Below the pieces are notes generated by a model. That model made no database searches. It was not told where the DNA came from and was given only the letters and a program-made list of their open reading frames with translations. A DNA stretch of 64,000 bases, from contig JAVJWO010000195.1 of the NCBI GenBank assembly GCA_040222015.1, positions 64,001-128,000 of the forward strand, written 5' to 3'. This DNA is from Coleofasciculus chthonoplastes F2-STO-03. Lineage in GTDB: Bacteria > Cyanobacteriota > Cyanobacteriia > Cyanobacteriales > Coleofasciculaceae. Below are positions 49,850 through 59,906 of the stretch, one piece after another. Both the position numbers and the translations under genes were made by a program. How positions within the stretch are numbered: position 1 is the stretch's first letter; every line of letters starts with the position of its first letter.

Positions 49850-50161
49850 ATGCTACACCGCAAGATTTATCAACTGTGTTGCGATGGTCGTGAGGTCTGT
49901 ATTTTCTTGCGGGATCAGCAACGTTGGATTGAACGCGCTCATATTGTTGATATTGAAGGGGATTTAGTCACCATTCGCTACGAAACTGACGAAGAAGACG
50001 AAATTTGCTCCTGGGAGGAAATGGTTCGCTTAGAAAGCATCGGTTCAGTTACTCAAAAACTGGCTTCTGTGACGCGAGGAAATTTTGACCCGCTCGTGTC
50101 TGACGATTGTCCAGAAGCTGAACAAATTCACCCGCGCTTCCCTGAGTCTAATCAAGAGTAA
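49850..50161 (+). CDS. Conserved hypothetical protein
   Basis: AGGAG RBS; MLHRKIYQLC...SWEEMVRLESIG. Confidence 0.85.
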   Translation: MLHRKIYQLCCDGREVCIFLRDQQRWIERAHIVDIEGDLVTIRYETDEEDEICSWEEMVRLESIGSVTQKLASVTRGNFDPLVSDDCPEAEQIHPRFPESNQE

Positions 50162-50390
50162 AAAATTAGGTTTCATTGGTCATTGGTCATTTGTCCTTTG
50201 TTTACCCCCCGCTCCTCTGCTCCTCTAGAAGGGCGGGTTTAATCAAGTTATCAGTATGTAGCACGTAGCCAAATTTGATCTGTAAAACCCGCCCCTACAC
50301 GGGGATATCCTCTAACTAAGTTTCTGTGGGAGGTGTGATCGATTGAACGCACCCCATCCAAATTAAAAATTCTGGATGGGGATTCTTATG

Positions 50391-51803
50391 CTAGGCTTTG
50401 CTTGGACCCCATAAGGTACTAAGCGTAACTGGCGTTCGCAGCGTCTGGGAGGAACTTCTGCCTGCCCAGACCCTAGTAAATTTACTATTAGTTAATACCG
50501 CGTACCAATATCTGGCGCCGATGTTGTAGGAAGCAGATAGGTCAGCGTTGTAGCGCTTCCCATTCTGGAATATAGCTTGGGAATACTTCTTGTTACTCCG
50601 CTTAATTTTCCCACTACCGTCAAAGGCGTAAGCACTGGTGTATTTAGCGTTAACTTTGCGTACCTTTCCACCCAACTCGGAGAATTTCTGAATGGTTAGC
50701 TCAACCAGTTTGTCCTTGCACCATTGGTGAAAACGCTGTTTTTGTAAAGATCCATGCTTCCCACCTTTAGCTTTCCAATTCGATAAGTCCTCGAACACAA
50801 TCACGTTAACTTGATGTTCTTCAGCAAACTCAACAATCTGCCTAGAAACAGTTTGAGCAATATGTTTGTTGATATTTTTAGACTTTCGATACAAACCTTG
50901 ACAGAAACCTTTAGGCAAGTCCTGGTTGATGATTTTTCGAGTTAGTTTGGACGCTCGTGCAATGCGCTGCTTACGTTGATCGCGACGGTCTATGTCTCCA
51001 GCAGGGTTAATGAACTTCCTAGCTTTTACAGTACCGTCTTTGCCAACTATTGAGCAGGTGGCTGTTGTGTTTATGCCAATGTCGATAGCACAAACATAAT
51101 CTGAATCAGGTAGAGGTTGAGGGTTGATCTCAATGGGCATGGAAAGATGAATACTTCGCTTGTTGGCAATCAGAGAAGGAGACAACAGCTTTGCCCCCTT
51201 TCTGGTGTGCCGACTTTTTCCATGTTTTTTGATGGAAACACCTTGCATCCAAACCCAATCAGTACCATTCCATATTTTCAGATCAACAGAGGTGAAACTG
51301 GAATGATATTTAATTTGCTGACCTTTGTACATGGCTGGATAGCTGTTGCACATCGAGGTCAATTTGGGAGGCTTGTCGTACCGATGTTTCTGTTCTCCTC
51401 TTTTCCAGGCATCCCACCGAGTAACGAAGCTGCTGGCAATGCCTAGAGCATCTTGAATTGCAGCACGTCTTAGGTAGCTGGGAAACTTGCGAAATGAAGG
51501 ATGGTTGCTGATAGCTTTGTGGAAGTACCAATAGTATTTAGGACTGAGGTTGTCTACTGTCTTGTGAATCAGCTTTTCTAAAGTATTGACTTTTTCTGAA
51601 CTGTTTAATCTAGAGAGATTTTCCCAATTCCAATAGCTAATGAGTACCAACGGCTTCAGAAAAAGGCGATATTCTGCTACGGTCAAGACGGCTAATCGGT
51701 GCTGCTCTTGCGTCATAACTAATTGCCAAACATCGGTTCTGATGCTTGACTCTTTTTGCGCCTTTTTCCGTTTGGATTGCTTTTTAGCCCTTTTCTTAAC
51801 CAT
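50391..51803 (-). CDS. tnpB: TnpB (long form without a Cys zinc ribbon)
   Basis: AIDIG, VFEDL, YTS, NADLSASYNI; start codon uncertain (51803 or 51833). Confidence 0.88.
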   Translation of the reverse strand: MVKKRAKKQSKRKKAQKESSIRTDVWQLVMTQEQHRLAVLTVAEYRLFLKPLVLISYWNWENLSRLNSSEKVNTLEKLIHKTVDNLSPKYYWYFHKAISNHPSFRKFPSYLRRAAIQDALGIASSFVTRWDAWKRGEQKHRYDKPPKLTSMCNSYPAMYKGQQIKYHSSFTSVDLKIWNGTDWVWMQGVSIKKHGKSRHTRKGAKLLSPSLIANKRSIHLSMPIEINPQPLPDSDYVCAIDIGINTTATCSIVGKDGTVKARKFINPAGDIDRRDQRKQRIARASKLTRKIINQDLPKGFCQGLYRKSKNINKHIAQTVSRQIVEFAEEHQVNVIVFEDLSNWKAKGGKHGSLQKQRFHQWCKDKLVELTIQKFSELGGKVRKVNAKYTSAYAFDGSGKIKRSNKKYSQAIFQNGKRYNADLSASYNIGARYWYAVLTNSKFTRVWAGRSSSQTLRTPVTLSTLWGPSKA

Positions 51804-51881
51804 AGCCTCGACCTGAGCCTGTATGGATATCATGTTACACTTGAACGACTTAGTTGTCAATTTGGTTGTGAAATTAGCTAC

Positions 51882-52304
51882 ATGACTACAACAAGACTCA
51901 AGACTCGCTCCAATTCAGCGTTTCGGCTGATTTATCATCTCGTGCTTGTCACTAAGTTCAGAAACAAAAGCCTGACCAGCGAAATGATTGACAGGCTCAA
52001 CGAGATATTTAGAGAGACATTACATAAATGGGATTGCGGGTTGGTGGAATTTAATGGAGAAAGCGACCATATTCACATTTTGTTTGAGGCCATCCCTAGT
52101 ATTGAACTTTCCCGGCTGGTTAACAACCTGAAGACTGTTTCCTCTCGACTGATGAGGAAAGAGTATGAACAGCATCTGAAGCAGTTCTACTGGTCACCAA
52201 AACCTATGTTTTGGGCTAGTAGCTACGCTTTAATTACAGTAGGAACCGGGGCAACCCTAGATAAACTAATTGAGTACGTGAAAAACCAGGAAAAACCAGA
52301 CTAA
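51882..52304 (+). CDS. tnpA: IS200/IS605 Y1 (HUH) transposase
   Basis: YHLVLVTKFR, DHIHIL (HUH), LKTVSSR, FWASSY, catalytic YVKNQ. Confidence 0.95.
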   Translation: MTTTRLKTRSNSAFRLIYHLVLVTKFRNKSLTSEMIDRLNEIFRETLHKWDCGLVEFNGESDHIHILFEAIPSIELSRLVNNLKTVSSRLMRKEYEQHLKQFYWSPKPMFWASSYALITVGTGATLDKLIEYVKNQEKPD

Positions 52305-52374
52305 GGATGCTGCCGCTTATTGTCTTCGTTTCGCTAACCCCATCTAAATCAAAGATTCTAGATGGGGACTGCGC

Positions 52375-53997
52375 TCAACTATTTCGTTCAAAAACTGGAC
52401 AATATCCCTCTGGTGTAACTTTAAACGAGTAGAGGGGAGAGGCAGAATTCCAGCAGCGCTGACCCCGTTGATGGCGACAGTTGGCACAACACTCAATATT
52501 AGCAGGCATCTTCACCGAACTGCTCTGATTAAGCAGTTCACGTTGGGACAAGCCGCGTAAGACCAGCTCCTCTCCCTGCCAACGAGCTTCCACTAAACCT
52601 GTATCCGCAAAATCTTGCCAGCGCGGGTCAGCCGCAATTGCCTCTGGTAAGGTGATAGTAACCACCGTACCTAACTCGGTTAGCTCTCCTTCGTAATTGG
52701 TTTCTGGTGGTGGTTCTGGCTGTATAAATGTCTCTCCAATTGGCAATTCAATCAGAGTTCCTGCTGATGGGGTATGGAGATGATAGCGGTTTTGTAACTC
52801 TTCCAATCCAGCTAAATCAGCCAGGTACGTAGGAGAGCCATGAACAAAAATAATATGTTGAGGACGAAGATTATGGATTAACTGAGTGGTTCCTAAACAA
52901 TCACTATGCTCAGTTAACCGATACGTTTCTACATCTGTAATGTTCAAGTCAGGGGTTGAAGGCGGATATCTCAGGCGTTCGGGTTGCAGCACTGTCCAAG
53001 ATTTGGGGTTGGTATGACAGTAAACCCTCAAGTCAGCCGTTTCGTCAGTCAGAACGATGCTGGTGTTTTTAGCGATCGCACTTCGTTGCTGCTCATCTAA
53101 GCGACGCACACGCGGTTTCACCCGTTCATCCCAAAACAAGGGTTGATGGCGAGCAAAGTTTTGTACCGATGGGGGGAGATGAGGTAGGAGTTCTAAGTAA
53201 GCATCACACCCCTTGGCAACTGTACCATCTACCCAAATATCCAGATTGCGTCCAGTAAACTGGTGATGACTCCGCAGTAGCATCAAGATTTCTTGACCCA
53301 AACCCAAGGTAGGTACGGGTAGCAAAATAGAACGATTTGCCGCCAATGCTTGATCAATTCGTTCGACGAGTTGATTCTCTTGTTGCCGTCGATGGGGGTG
53401 TCGCGCCGTCCCATAACTCCCTTCGATAATCAAGACATCTAGGTTTGTACCTCGTAAGGCTTCAATTGACAACCCTTCGACCAACCGCGAATTTGAGATA
53501 AAGAAGTCACCCGTATACAGGAGTCGATACGTGCGATTTGGACTTGTATAGGTTAATAAAAATGCGGCGGCTCCCGGTAGATGTCCTGCGGGAAACAATT
53601 GCACGCTTAATCCTTCTCGGAATTCAATCGGCGATCGCCAAGGAAGCGCTTGACAGAATCCGGGAATCTCCTTTGGAGGTAAATGCGTCCAGTTCAGGGG
53701 TAATAGTTGAGTTGTGACTTCACTGGCGTAAATTGGTAATTGCGGAAATGCTTGGTGTAGTGCTAGCAACCCCTGGGCATGATCACTATGGGCGTGGCTA
53801 CATAAAACCACATCCACTGGCAAATTAGCTTGAGCTTTTAGAGGCGAAATATCTTCTAACCCACAATCGATTAGGATGCGGTGGGGTCCCATTTGCACCA
53901 GCAAACAAACTCCCTCTGCACCATGACCAACACCATAAGTAAAACAGGCTAATTGATCATCCTCTGCTGAGGATGTCACTGGGCGTTGATTGCTCAT
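52375..53997 (-). CDS. MBL-fold (beta-CASP-like) metallohydrolase
   Basis: HAHSDH, AGHLPG, YTGD, EGSYG, VHG; C-terminal Cys cluster. Confidence 0.9.
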   Translation of the reverse strand: MSNQRPVTSSAEDDQLACFTYGVGHGAEGVCLLVQMGPHRILIDCGLEDISPLKAQANLPVDVVLCSHAHSDHAQGLLALHQAFPQLPIYASEVTTQLLPLNWTHLPPKEIPGFCQALPWRSPIEFREGLSVQLFPAGHLPGAAAFLLTYTSPNRTYRLLYTGDFFISNSRLVEGLSIEALRGTNLDVLIIEGSYGTARHPHRRQQENQLVERIDQALAANRSILLPVPTLGLGQEILMLLRSHHQFTGRNLDIWVDGTVAKGCDAYLELLPHLPPSVQNFARHQPLFWDERVKPRVRRLDEQQRSAIAKNTSIVLTDETADLRVYCHTNPKSWTVLQPERLRYPPSTPDLNITDVETYRLTEHSDCLGTTQLIHNLRPQHIIFVHGSPTYLADLAGLEELQNRYHLHTPSAGTLIELPIGETFIQPEPPPETNYEGELTELGTVVTITLPEAIAADPRWQDFADTGLVEARWQGEELVLRGLSQRELLNQSSSVKMPANIECCANCRHQRGQRCWNSASPLYSFKVTPEGYCPVFERNS

Positions 53998-54594
53998 GAA
54001 CTTTGAGAAGACGGTTCTGCGCTTTGCCAGTTGCTTGACAACCCACTCACTTGAAGAACCATAAATACATCGACAATGCTTCTAAACCTTATTTCTCAGC
54101 ATTTTTAGCCTAATCTTTTCGGTTAACTGTCTAGAAAACCTGATTCTATCAACGAGTGTATTGAAGGTATACAAGCAGACGGTATATAAGCAGCAGGCTA
54201 CTGCTCAATATGATGTCATAAATATCTGGGCTAGCTTATCCCAGATTAGTGGGCTGAACCGTTGCCGTGATAGTTATCTGAATCGTAGAACCCGTTCTTA
54301 GTGCCAAAAATGAGAGAAGATACGGTAAAAATAATGGTTAAGACCACTAAAATCAGTTTGATATCCATCTATAGTTTACTTTCTTTTATCTGAAAAACAG
54401 GATCTGAAACTCTACTGAATAGTTTTGACCAATCAGTATTTTGGTCTGTTCAGTACAGATACTCATTTTACCACGAAATTTCTGGTCAGGTTGAATCAGC
54501 TTTTCACGTACCAGCAGGGTAAGCCAGGAAAGTATGATGAACATACTTGCCCACCGTTCTGTAATTGACCTATCCGCACCTAGGAGTGACACTA

Positions 54595-54666
54595 AGCTGG
54601 TGACAAGATTTGAACTTGCGACCGGCTGATTACAAATCAGCTGCTCTACCACTGAGCTACACCAGC
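54595..54666 (-). tRNA. tRNA-Thr (UGU)
   Basis: GCTGGTG-TAGCTCAGTGGTAGAGC-GCTGA-TTTGTAA-TCAGC...GTTCAAAT-CACCAGC-T cloverleaf. Confidence 0.96.
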
Positions 54667-54747
54667 AACTTCGTTTAGCATAACAAATTATATCAGCAGT
54701 AGGGAAGGGTTTCCTCTCACCCCTACGCCCTACACCCTCTTGAACTG

Positions 54748-55923
54748 TCAAACCTTCAATAATACTGGTTCTGGCAATAACCGGACTAGAACCTGCTTGA
54801 GTACCATCACTGTCCAATCCACATCGGCTTCTGTGGTTTGTCGCCCCAACGTCAAGCGAATGCCCCTCAATGCCTCTGGCTCACTGTAGCCCATTGCCAA
54901 TAAAATTGGACTGGGATTGAGTTTGCCACTATCACAGGCAGAACCCGCACTAATGCCAATCCCTGCCAGATTAAGCTGACGCACCATCGTCTTGCCTGTT
55001 ACTCCCTCCAATTGAGATGCTGGGATATTGGTTAGGCAAAAACTGACATGATGAGGTAAGCGGTGTCGGAGCGAACCAGTGGGTTTTAAGTAAGGGATGT
55101 TGCTAAGTTGATTAAACAAGCGATCGCGTAACCGAATTAATCGAGGGGTTTCCGTTGCCAGTTCTGCTGTTGCTAATTCGGCGGCGACACCAAATCCCGC
55201 GATCGCGGGAACAGCCTGTGTCCCTGAACGCTGTTGCCTTTCTTGTCCCCCACCCCACAACAGTGGCACTAATTCAACCCCAGGACGTACATACAGCGCC
55301 CCCACTCCTTGAGGTCCATAAATCTTGTGACTTGACATTGACAGCAAATCCACCGGCAACTGTCGCACATCAATGGACAGTCGTCCCGCCACCTGTACGG
55401 CATCTGTATGGAACAGTACCCCATGATCCTGGGCAATTTGTCCCAATGCTTCAATGGGTTGTAACGTCCCCACTTCACTTTGACCATAGATGACGGATAC
55501 TAATACTGTATTCGGTTGCAGGGCGTCTTCCAAGTCACGGGGATTTACCCGTCCCCCGCGATCCACAGGCAATCGTGTCACTTGCCATCCCCAGGTTTCC
55601 AACCAGCGAACAGGTTGAGCGATCGCGGAATGTTCCACGCTAGAAACCACAATATGCTGGGGTGTCCTGTATTTTTTGGCAATCCCCATAATGGCTAGAT
55701 TATCTGCCTCTGTGCCACCTGAGGTAAAAATCAATCCATCGGCTGGCGCATTAATTAAGCCAGCCACTTGCATTCTCGACTGTTCCACGACAGTGGCAGA
55801 CCGTTGTCCCCACTCATGTAAGCTAGAGGGATTACCCCACTGCTGAGTCAATACCCCTTGCATCGCCGCGATCGCTTCTGGGCGGGGGGGTGTCGTGGCG
55901 CTGTAATCGAGATAGATTTGCAT
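54748..55923 (-). CDS. Cysteine desulfurase (NifS/IscS family)
   Basis: YLDYSATT, GNPSS, TSGGTE, SSHKIYGP, SAGSAC. Confidence 0.95.
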   Translation of the reverse strand: MQIYLDYSATTPPRPEAIAAMQGVLTQQWGNPSSLHEWGQRSATVVEQSRMQVAGLINAPADGLIFTSGGTEADNLAIMGIAKKYRTPQHIVVSSVEHSAIAQPVRWLETWGWQVTRLPVDRGGRVNPRDLEDALQPNTVLVSVIYGQSEVGTLQPIEALGQIAQDHGVLFHTDAVQVAGRLSIDVRQLPVDLLSMSSHKIYGPQGVGALYVRPGVELVPLLWGGGQERQQRSGTQAVPAIAGFGVAAELATAELATETPRLIRLRDRLFNQLSNIPYLKPTGSLRHRLPHHVSFCLTNIPASQLEGVTGKTMVRQLNLAGIGISAGSACDSGKLNPSPILLAMGYSEPEALRGIRLTLGRQTTEADVDWTVMVLKQVLVRLLPEPVLLKV

Positions 55924-56064
55924 AGTATAGTGTCATTTGTCCTTCGTCTTATGTCAGGGAACGGGGAACAGGAAGCGTTTTGAGTTAACTCCTCCATCTC
56001 CCTCATCTTCCCGACGTGCCATGTGATATCTGGAACATTGCTCCCCCTGCTTCTCCAGCTCCCT

Positions 56065-56445
56065 CTACTCACCGGGTTTATCCACATTGTAGTCCTCGTG
56101 AGACAAGACAGCGTAGGGAACCAACAAACTCCCGTAGTCATGACAAATCATCCGGTAGTTACGGGTAACCGGGATACTGACAATCCAGCGATTGTGGCGT
56201 AATCGCTTACCGCCAAACTCTCGGTAGTTCTTTTGTTCTTCCAATCCGGCAATAATCGCACGGGCTTTGACCACGACATGGGTGGGCAAATCCTTTAAAT
56301 CAATGGGATCGTTGTCAAAAGTAGACTCCCATTCTTGCTTTTGTTGCTTTTTAGCTTCCCGTGCCTTGTTTTCTTGCTCACATCGGTGGCAGGTTTGACC
56401 ATACCCCTTATGACCGCACGGAAATGTCTTTTTTCGTCTCGACAT
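56065..56445 (-). CDS. Hypothetical protein with Zn-knuckle and possible RelE/ParE-like C-terminal domain
   Basis: FPCGH..CHRC; GGKRL..SIPVTRNYRMI..SHEDYN. Confidence 0.7.
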   Translation of the reverse strand: MSRRKKTFPCGHKGYGQTCHRCEQENKAREAKKQQKQEWESTFDNDPIDLKDLPTHVVVKARAIIAGLEEQKNYREFGGKRLRHNRWIVSIPVTRNYRMICHDYGSLLVPYAVLSHEDYNVDKPGE

Positions 56446-56688
56446 AGAACGGTGGGATGGGTTCAAACCCTAGATGTGACCATGTTATCGTCCTGATAGT
56501 GATTTCCCTTCCCATTTAGGTTGAGGTTGTGGAAAACGTGATTTAAGTGGTTCATTGTATTTTTATGTTAATTCAATCGGGACAAATCCTTGAGCTTTCT
56601 TTCAAATTCCATTGACAGCCTACTAGGTTTGTGTCCCCATAGATGATAAAAAATAATCAAAGCAATAAATGAATCTAATCGAGATTCA

Positions 56689-58317
56689 ATGACACAATCA
56701 TACTGGCCTCAAGGTATCATCTGGCTCATTTTACTAACTCTGTCCGCTTGTCAACCTCCTCCAGTTCAAGTTCACCGTCCGCCTCCCTTACCCCAAGATC
56801 CCTTTGTTCAGGTCTACTTTAACCATTCCCCCTCGACAACCTACAAGGAACCCTATCGCTTAGTGACTCGACCGGGCGATAATTTAGAGCAGATTATTGC
56901 CCAAGCGATCGCGAGGGCTCAATCCACGGTCGATGTTGCTGTCCAAGAGTTACGCTTGCCGCAAATTGCTCAAGCCTTGGTCAAACGACATCAAGCAGGG
57001 GTTAGGGTCAGGGTTATCGTCGAAAATACCTACAACCGCCCTTGGAGTGAAGTCTCAGCTCAAGATATCGCTAATCTTCCGCATCGGGAACGCGATCGCA
57101 CCCAAGAGAGTTTACGGTTAATCGACCGTAATAACGATGGCAAGCTGACTCCCACTGAAATTAATCAGCGAGATGCTCTAGTTATTTTACGAAATGCTGG
57201 CGTTCCTATCCTAGACGATACAGCTGATGGCTCTCAAGGTAGCGGCTTAATGCACCATAAGTTTGTCGTTGTGGATGGATATACAGTTATAGTGACATCC
57301 GCTAACTTTACTACCAGTGATATTCATGGCGACTTTCAAGCACCGGATAGTCGGGGTAATGCCAACAATCTCCTTAAAATTGAGAGTGTGGAATTAGCGA
57401 ATTCCTTTACAGAAGAATTTAACCAGATGTGGGGAGATGGACCCGGTGGCGCACCCGACAGTAGGTTTGGCGTCAAAAAGTTACCACGTCCTATACAAAA
57501 GGTTACACTCGGAGATACTACCCTGGCGGTCAAGTTTTCGCCTACGTCACCGACTCAACCCTGGAGTCAAAGCAGTAATGGTTTCATTGATCAAATCCTA
57601 CAAAGCGCTACCCAAACCATTGACTTGGCGTTATTTGTCTTTTCCGAACAGCGACTGGCAGATCAGTTACAAACTGCCCATGAACAGGGCGTCCAAGTTC
57701 AGGCGTTAATCGACCCCAGTTTTGCCTATCGCTACTATAGCGAAGGACTGGATTTATTAGGTGTGGCGCTGAGTAATCAATGTCGCTATGAACCCCATAA
57801 TCGCCCTTGGCAAAATCCGATCGCCACAGTCGGTGTTCCCAAACTCCCATCCGGCGATCTGTTACATCATAAGTTTGGGGTGGTAGATGGAAAAATGGTA
57901 ATTACAGGGTCTCATAATTGGTCAGCATCAGCCAATACTCAAAACGACGAGACACTGTTGGTGATTAATAGTCCTCTAGTCGCCGCTCATTTTGAACGTG
58001 AATTTGAACGCCTCTACACGAATGCCATACTGGGGGTTCCGGTGGCGGTGCAGAGAAAGATTCAGAACCAGCAGCAATCCTGTCCTCAGATTACTCAGGC
58101 AGATGATCCGAACGCCCCAAGTTTTAGGGGGATAGTCAACCTCAACACCGCCACCCAGGATGAACTGGAAACGCTACCCGGAATCGGACCCAAACTGGCT
58201 GAGCGAATTATTACCGCGCGATCGCAAAAGCCATTCACGTCATTAGCTGACCTTGACCGGGTTTCAGGTGTCGGACCTCATCTACTCCAGCAGTTAGATG
58301 GGCGAGTGACGTGGTAA
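56689..58317 (+). CDS. PLD-nuclease plus ComEA helix-hairpin-helix lipoprotein (cyanobacterial ComA-like)
   Basis: LSAC lipobox, two HxKxxxxD motifs, VNLNTAT..LPGIGPKLAERII. Confidence 0.9.
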   Translation: MTQSYWPQGIIWLILLTLSACQPPPVQVHRPPPLPQDPFVQVYFNHSPSTTYKEPYRLVTRPGDNLEQIIAQAIARAQSTVDVAVQELRLPQIAQALVKRHQAGVRVRVIVENTYNRPWSEVSAQDIANLPHRERDRTQESLRLIDRNNDGKLTPTEINQRDALVILRNAGVPILDDTADGSQGSGLMHHKFVVVDGYTVIVTSANFTTSDIHGDFQAPDSRGNANNLLKIESVELANSFTEEFNQMWGDGPGGAPDSRFGVKKLPRPIQKVTLGDTTLAVKFSPTSPTQPWSQSSNGFIDQILQSATQTIDLALFVFSEQRLADQLQTAHEQGVQVQALIDPSFAYRYYSEGLDLLGVALSNQCRYEPHNRPWQNPIATVGVPKLPSGDLLHHKFGVVDGKMVITGSHNWSASANTQNDETLLVINSPLVAAHFEREFERLYTNAILGVPVAVQRKIQNQQQSCPQITQADDPNAPSFRGIVNLNTATQDELETLPGIGPKLAERIITARSQKPFTSLADLDRVSGVGPHLLQQLDGRVTW

Positions 58318-58456
58318 TCCTACCAAATTATCAGGCTATGAAATATTTTCCTTTTTGTAGGGGCGGGTTTTACCGATAACGTTCTGTCGATGTCCGATAA
58401 CTTAACTAAACCCGCCCTTGTGGGGAAGCAGAGAGATAATTTTGACCGGTGGGTAT

Positions 58457-58924
58457 TTAATAACGCTGAACGACTCGCGCCATTTCCCGCTGATCCTGAC
58501 GCCGCTTAATCGTCTCACGCTTGTCGTGCAATTTTTTACCCTTACACAAACCCAGACTCACTTTCACTAAGCCTCGCTTCAAATACATTTTTAACGGCAC
58601 CAGCGTTAACCCCTGTTGTTCTACCTTGCCAACGAGTTTGCTGATTTCCTGCTTGTGCAGCAACAGTTTACGGGTGCGAACTGGGTCGTGATTGAAGTAG
58701 AGGCTGGTACTTTGGTACGGTGAGACATGTACGTTCAACAGCCAAGCCTCACCATTGCGAACCAGGGCGTACCCATCTCGCAAATTGACCCGACTCTCGC
58801 GAATGGACTTAACTTCTGTCCCTTTTAATTCGATGCCCGCTTCGTAAGTCTCTAAAATCTCATAGCGGAAGCGTGCTTGCCGATTATCGGCAACAACCTT
58901 GAACCCTTTACTTTGATCACTCAT
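58457..58924 (-). CDS. smpB: SsrA-binding protein
   Basis: YEAGIELKGTEVKSIR, RTRKLLLH, KGKKLHDKRE. Confidence 0.97.
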   Translation of the reverse strand: MSDQSKGFKVVADNRQARFRYEILETYEAGIELKGTEVKSIRESRVNLRDGYALVRNGEAWLLNVHVSPYQSTSLYFNHDPVRTRKLLLHKQEISKLVGKVEQQGLTLVPLKMYLKRGLVKVSLGLCKGKKLHDKRETIKRRQDQREMARVVQRY

Positions 58925-59012
58925 ACTAATCACCTTAGCGTCTGATACTGGAAATTGTGGTGTTAAACAATCGCCCCAGAAAACCCTCAAAAGGTAAAGT
59001 TTTGTTAAAAGG

Positions 59013-59047
59013 TTGACAATTTCTGGAAAAACCGTAACAATAGATAC
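59013..59047 (+). promoter_or_regulatory. Promoter with an NtcA box overlapping the -10 region
   Basis: TTGACA at 59013-59018; GTA-acaataga-TAC (GTA-N8-TAC) at 59034-59047. Confidence 0.75.
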
Positions 59048-59058
59048 AGAACAAATGA

Positions 59059-59151
59059 ATCGTTCATCTCTCTAGACATCAGTCAGTTAGCAATTAGCCG
59101 TGAAGGATGATTAGGGAGACGGAAGTAGGGGCAACTCCCGAAGGAACGCGC
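59059..59151 (+). ncRNA. Glutamine riboswitch (glnA-motif, class I)
   Basis: ATCGTTCA ... GACGGAAGTAGGG-gcaact-CCCGAAGGAACGCGC consensus upstream of gifB. Confidence 0.9.
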
Positions 59152-59187
59152 CTCATCTCACTACAGTTACATTACGAGGCGAAGACC

Positions 59188-59532
59188 ATGAAACTTACTT
59201 ATCGCGGTATCCAATACGATTACAATCCCCCTAAGGTAGAAACTGTCGAATCAAAGGCTGGTGGTAAGTACCGGGGTTGGGACTGGCGATTCCGCAACTT
59301 GAAAAATCCGCCCGTGTTACAACCACGAGTCAACTTACAATATCGCGGCGTTCGTTATCAAACACCAGGGACTGTGGCTAATAATGGTGTTGCACCAGAA
59401 AAAGTACCCACTTTAGTTTCCAGTCAAGATAAAGCTCGTTCGCGGATGAGCAATCAGCAACGAGTCCTCAAAAACCGTCAGCTTTCGATGTTTTACCGTT
59501 CAGCAACAGAAGTTGGATTGGCAACTCATTAA
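59188..59532 (+). CDS. gifB: Glutamine synthetase inactivating factor IF17-like (DUF4278 repeats plus IF7-like helix)
   Basis: MKLTYRGIQYDYNPPKVET, three YRG units, QDKARSRM..KNRQLSMFYRSATEVG; riboswitch and NtcA box upstream. Confidence 0.85.
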   Translation: MKLTYRGIQYDYNPPKVETVESKAGGKYRGWDWRFRNLKNPPVLQPRVNLQYRGVRYQTPGTVANNGVAPEKVPTLVSSQDKARSRMSNQQRVLKNRQLSMFYRSATEVGLATH

Positions 59533-59594
59533 CGAACCACTGATTGAATTCCAACTAAATTAGAACACCAGTAGAGACGTTGTGTACAGCGTCT

Positions 59595-59707
59595 CTACTG
59601 GTGTGGTACATCTAATTTGGTATTTGGTAGATTTGTAGGGGCGCACCGACGTGCGCCCGATTTAATGGTATAGTTGACCTCACTTTTTAGCTGTGCCACA
59701 CCAGTAG
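59595..59707. mobile_element. MITE with CTACTGGTGTGG(T/C)ACA inverted ends and internal REP (decayed relative near 7376-7486)
   Basis: About 21-bp imperfect TIR; internal GTAGGGGCGCAC..GTGCGCCC. Confidence 0.7.
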
Positions 59708-59731
59708 GTTGTTCTGCCTTTTGCCTTCTGC

Positions 59732-59835
59732 TAAGCTGTCATGCATTTAAATTGGGTATTAGTAGCGAGCTTTCTGGCTCGCACTACAAGGATTTCGTCA
59801 TTATTGACATTAAGGTTTAAATGCCGAACAGCTTA
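59732..59835. mobile_element. MITE with TAAGCTGT..GCATTTAA inverted ends
   Basis: TAAGCTGTCATGCATTTAAA ... TTTAAATGCCGAACAGCTTA; solo end near 32852-32872; internal GTAGCGAGC..GCTCGCACTAC. Confidence 0.7.
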
Positions 59836-59906
59836 TACCTCATCCAATTGTGAATTAGCCAATGCCATAATATTAAGGATATGAATTATCCTGTGGGCAT
59901 AGCATC

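Larger units (their letters stand above)
50343..52386 (-). mobile_element. Complete IS605-group element with divergent tnpA and tnpB
   Basis: Right end GAAT-CCCCATCCA..TGGATGGGG-TGCGT-TCAA; left end TTGAA|15 nt-CAGT-CCCCATCTA..TAGATGGGG; the two subterminal hairpins are near-identical. Confidence 0.88.

Noticed and set aside
14544..51803. The three full-length TnpBs as nuclease-dead TldR or Cas12 effectors
   Set aside because: All three keep the RuvC D-E-D residues, have IS end hairpins and lack adjacent arrays.
47305..54666. Segment between the two tRNAs as an integrated island
   Set aside because: No integrase, no duplicated tRNA 3' end seen, and the genes are ordinary conserved ones.
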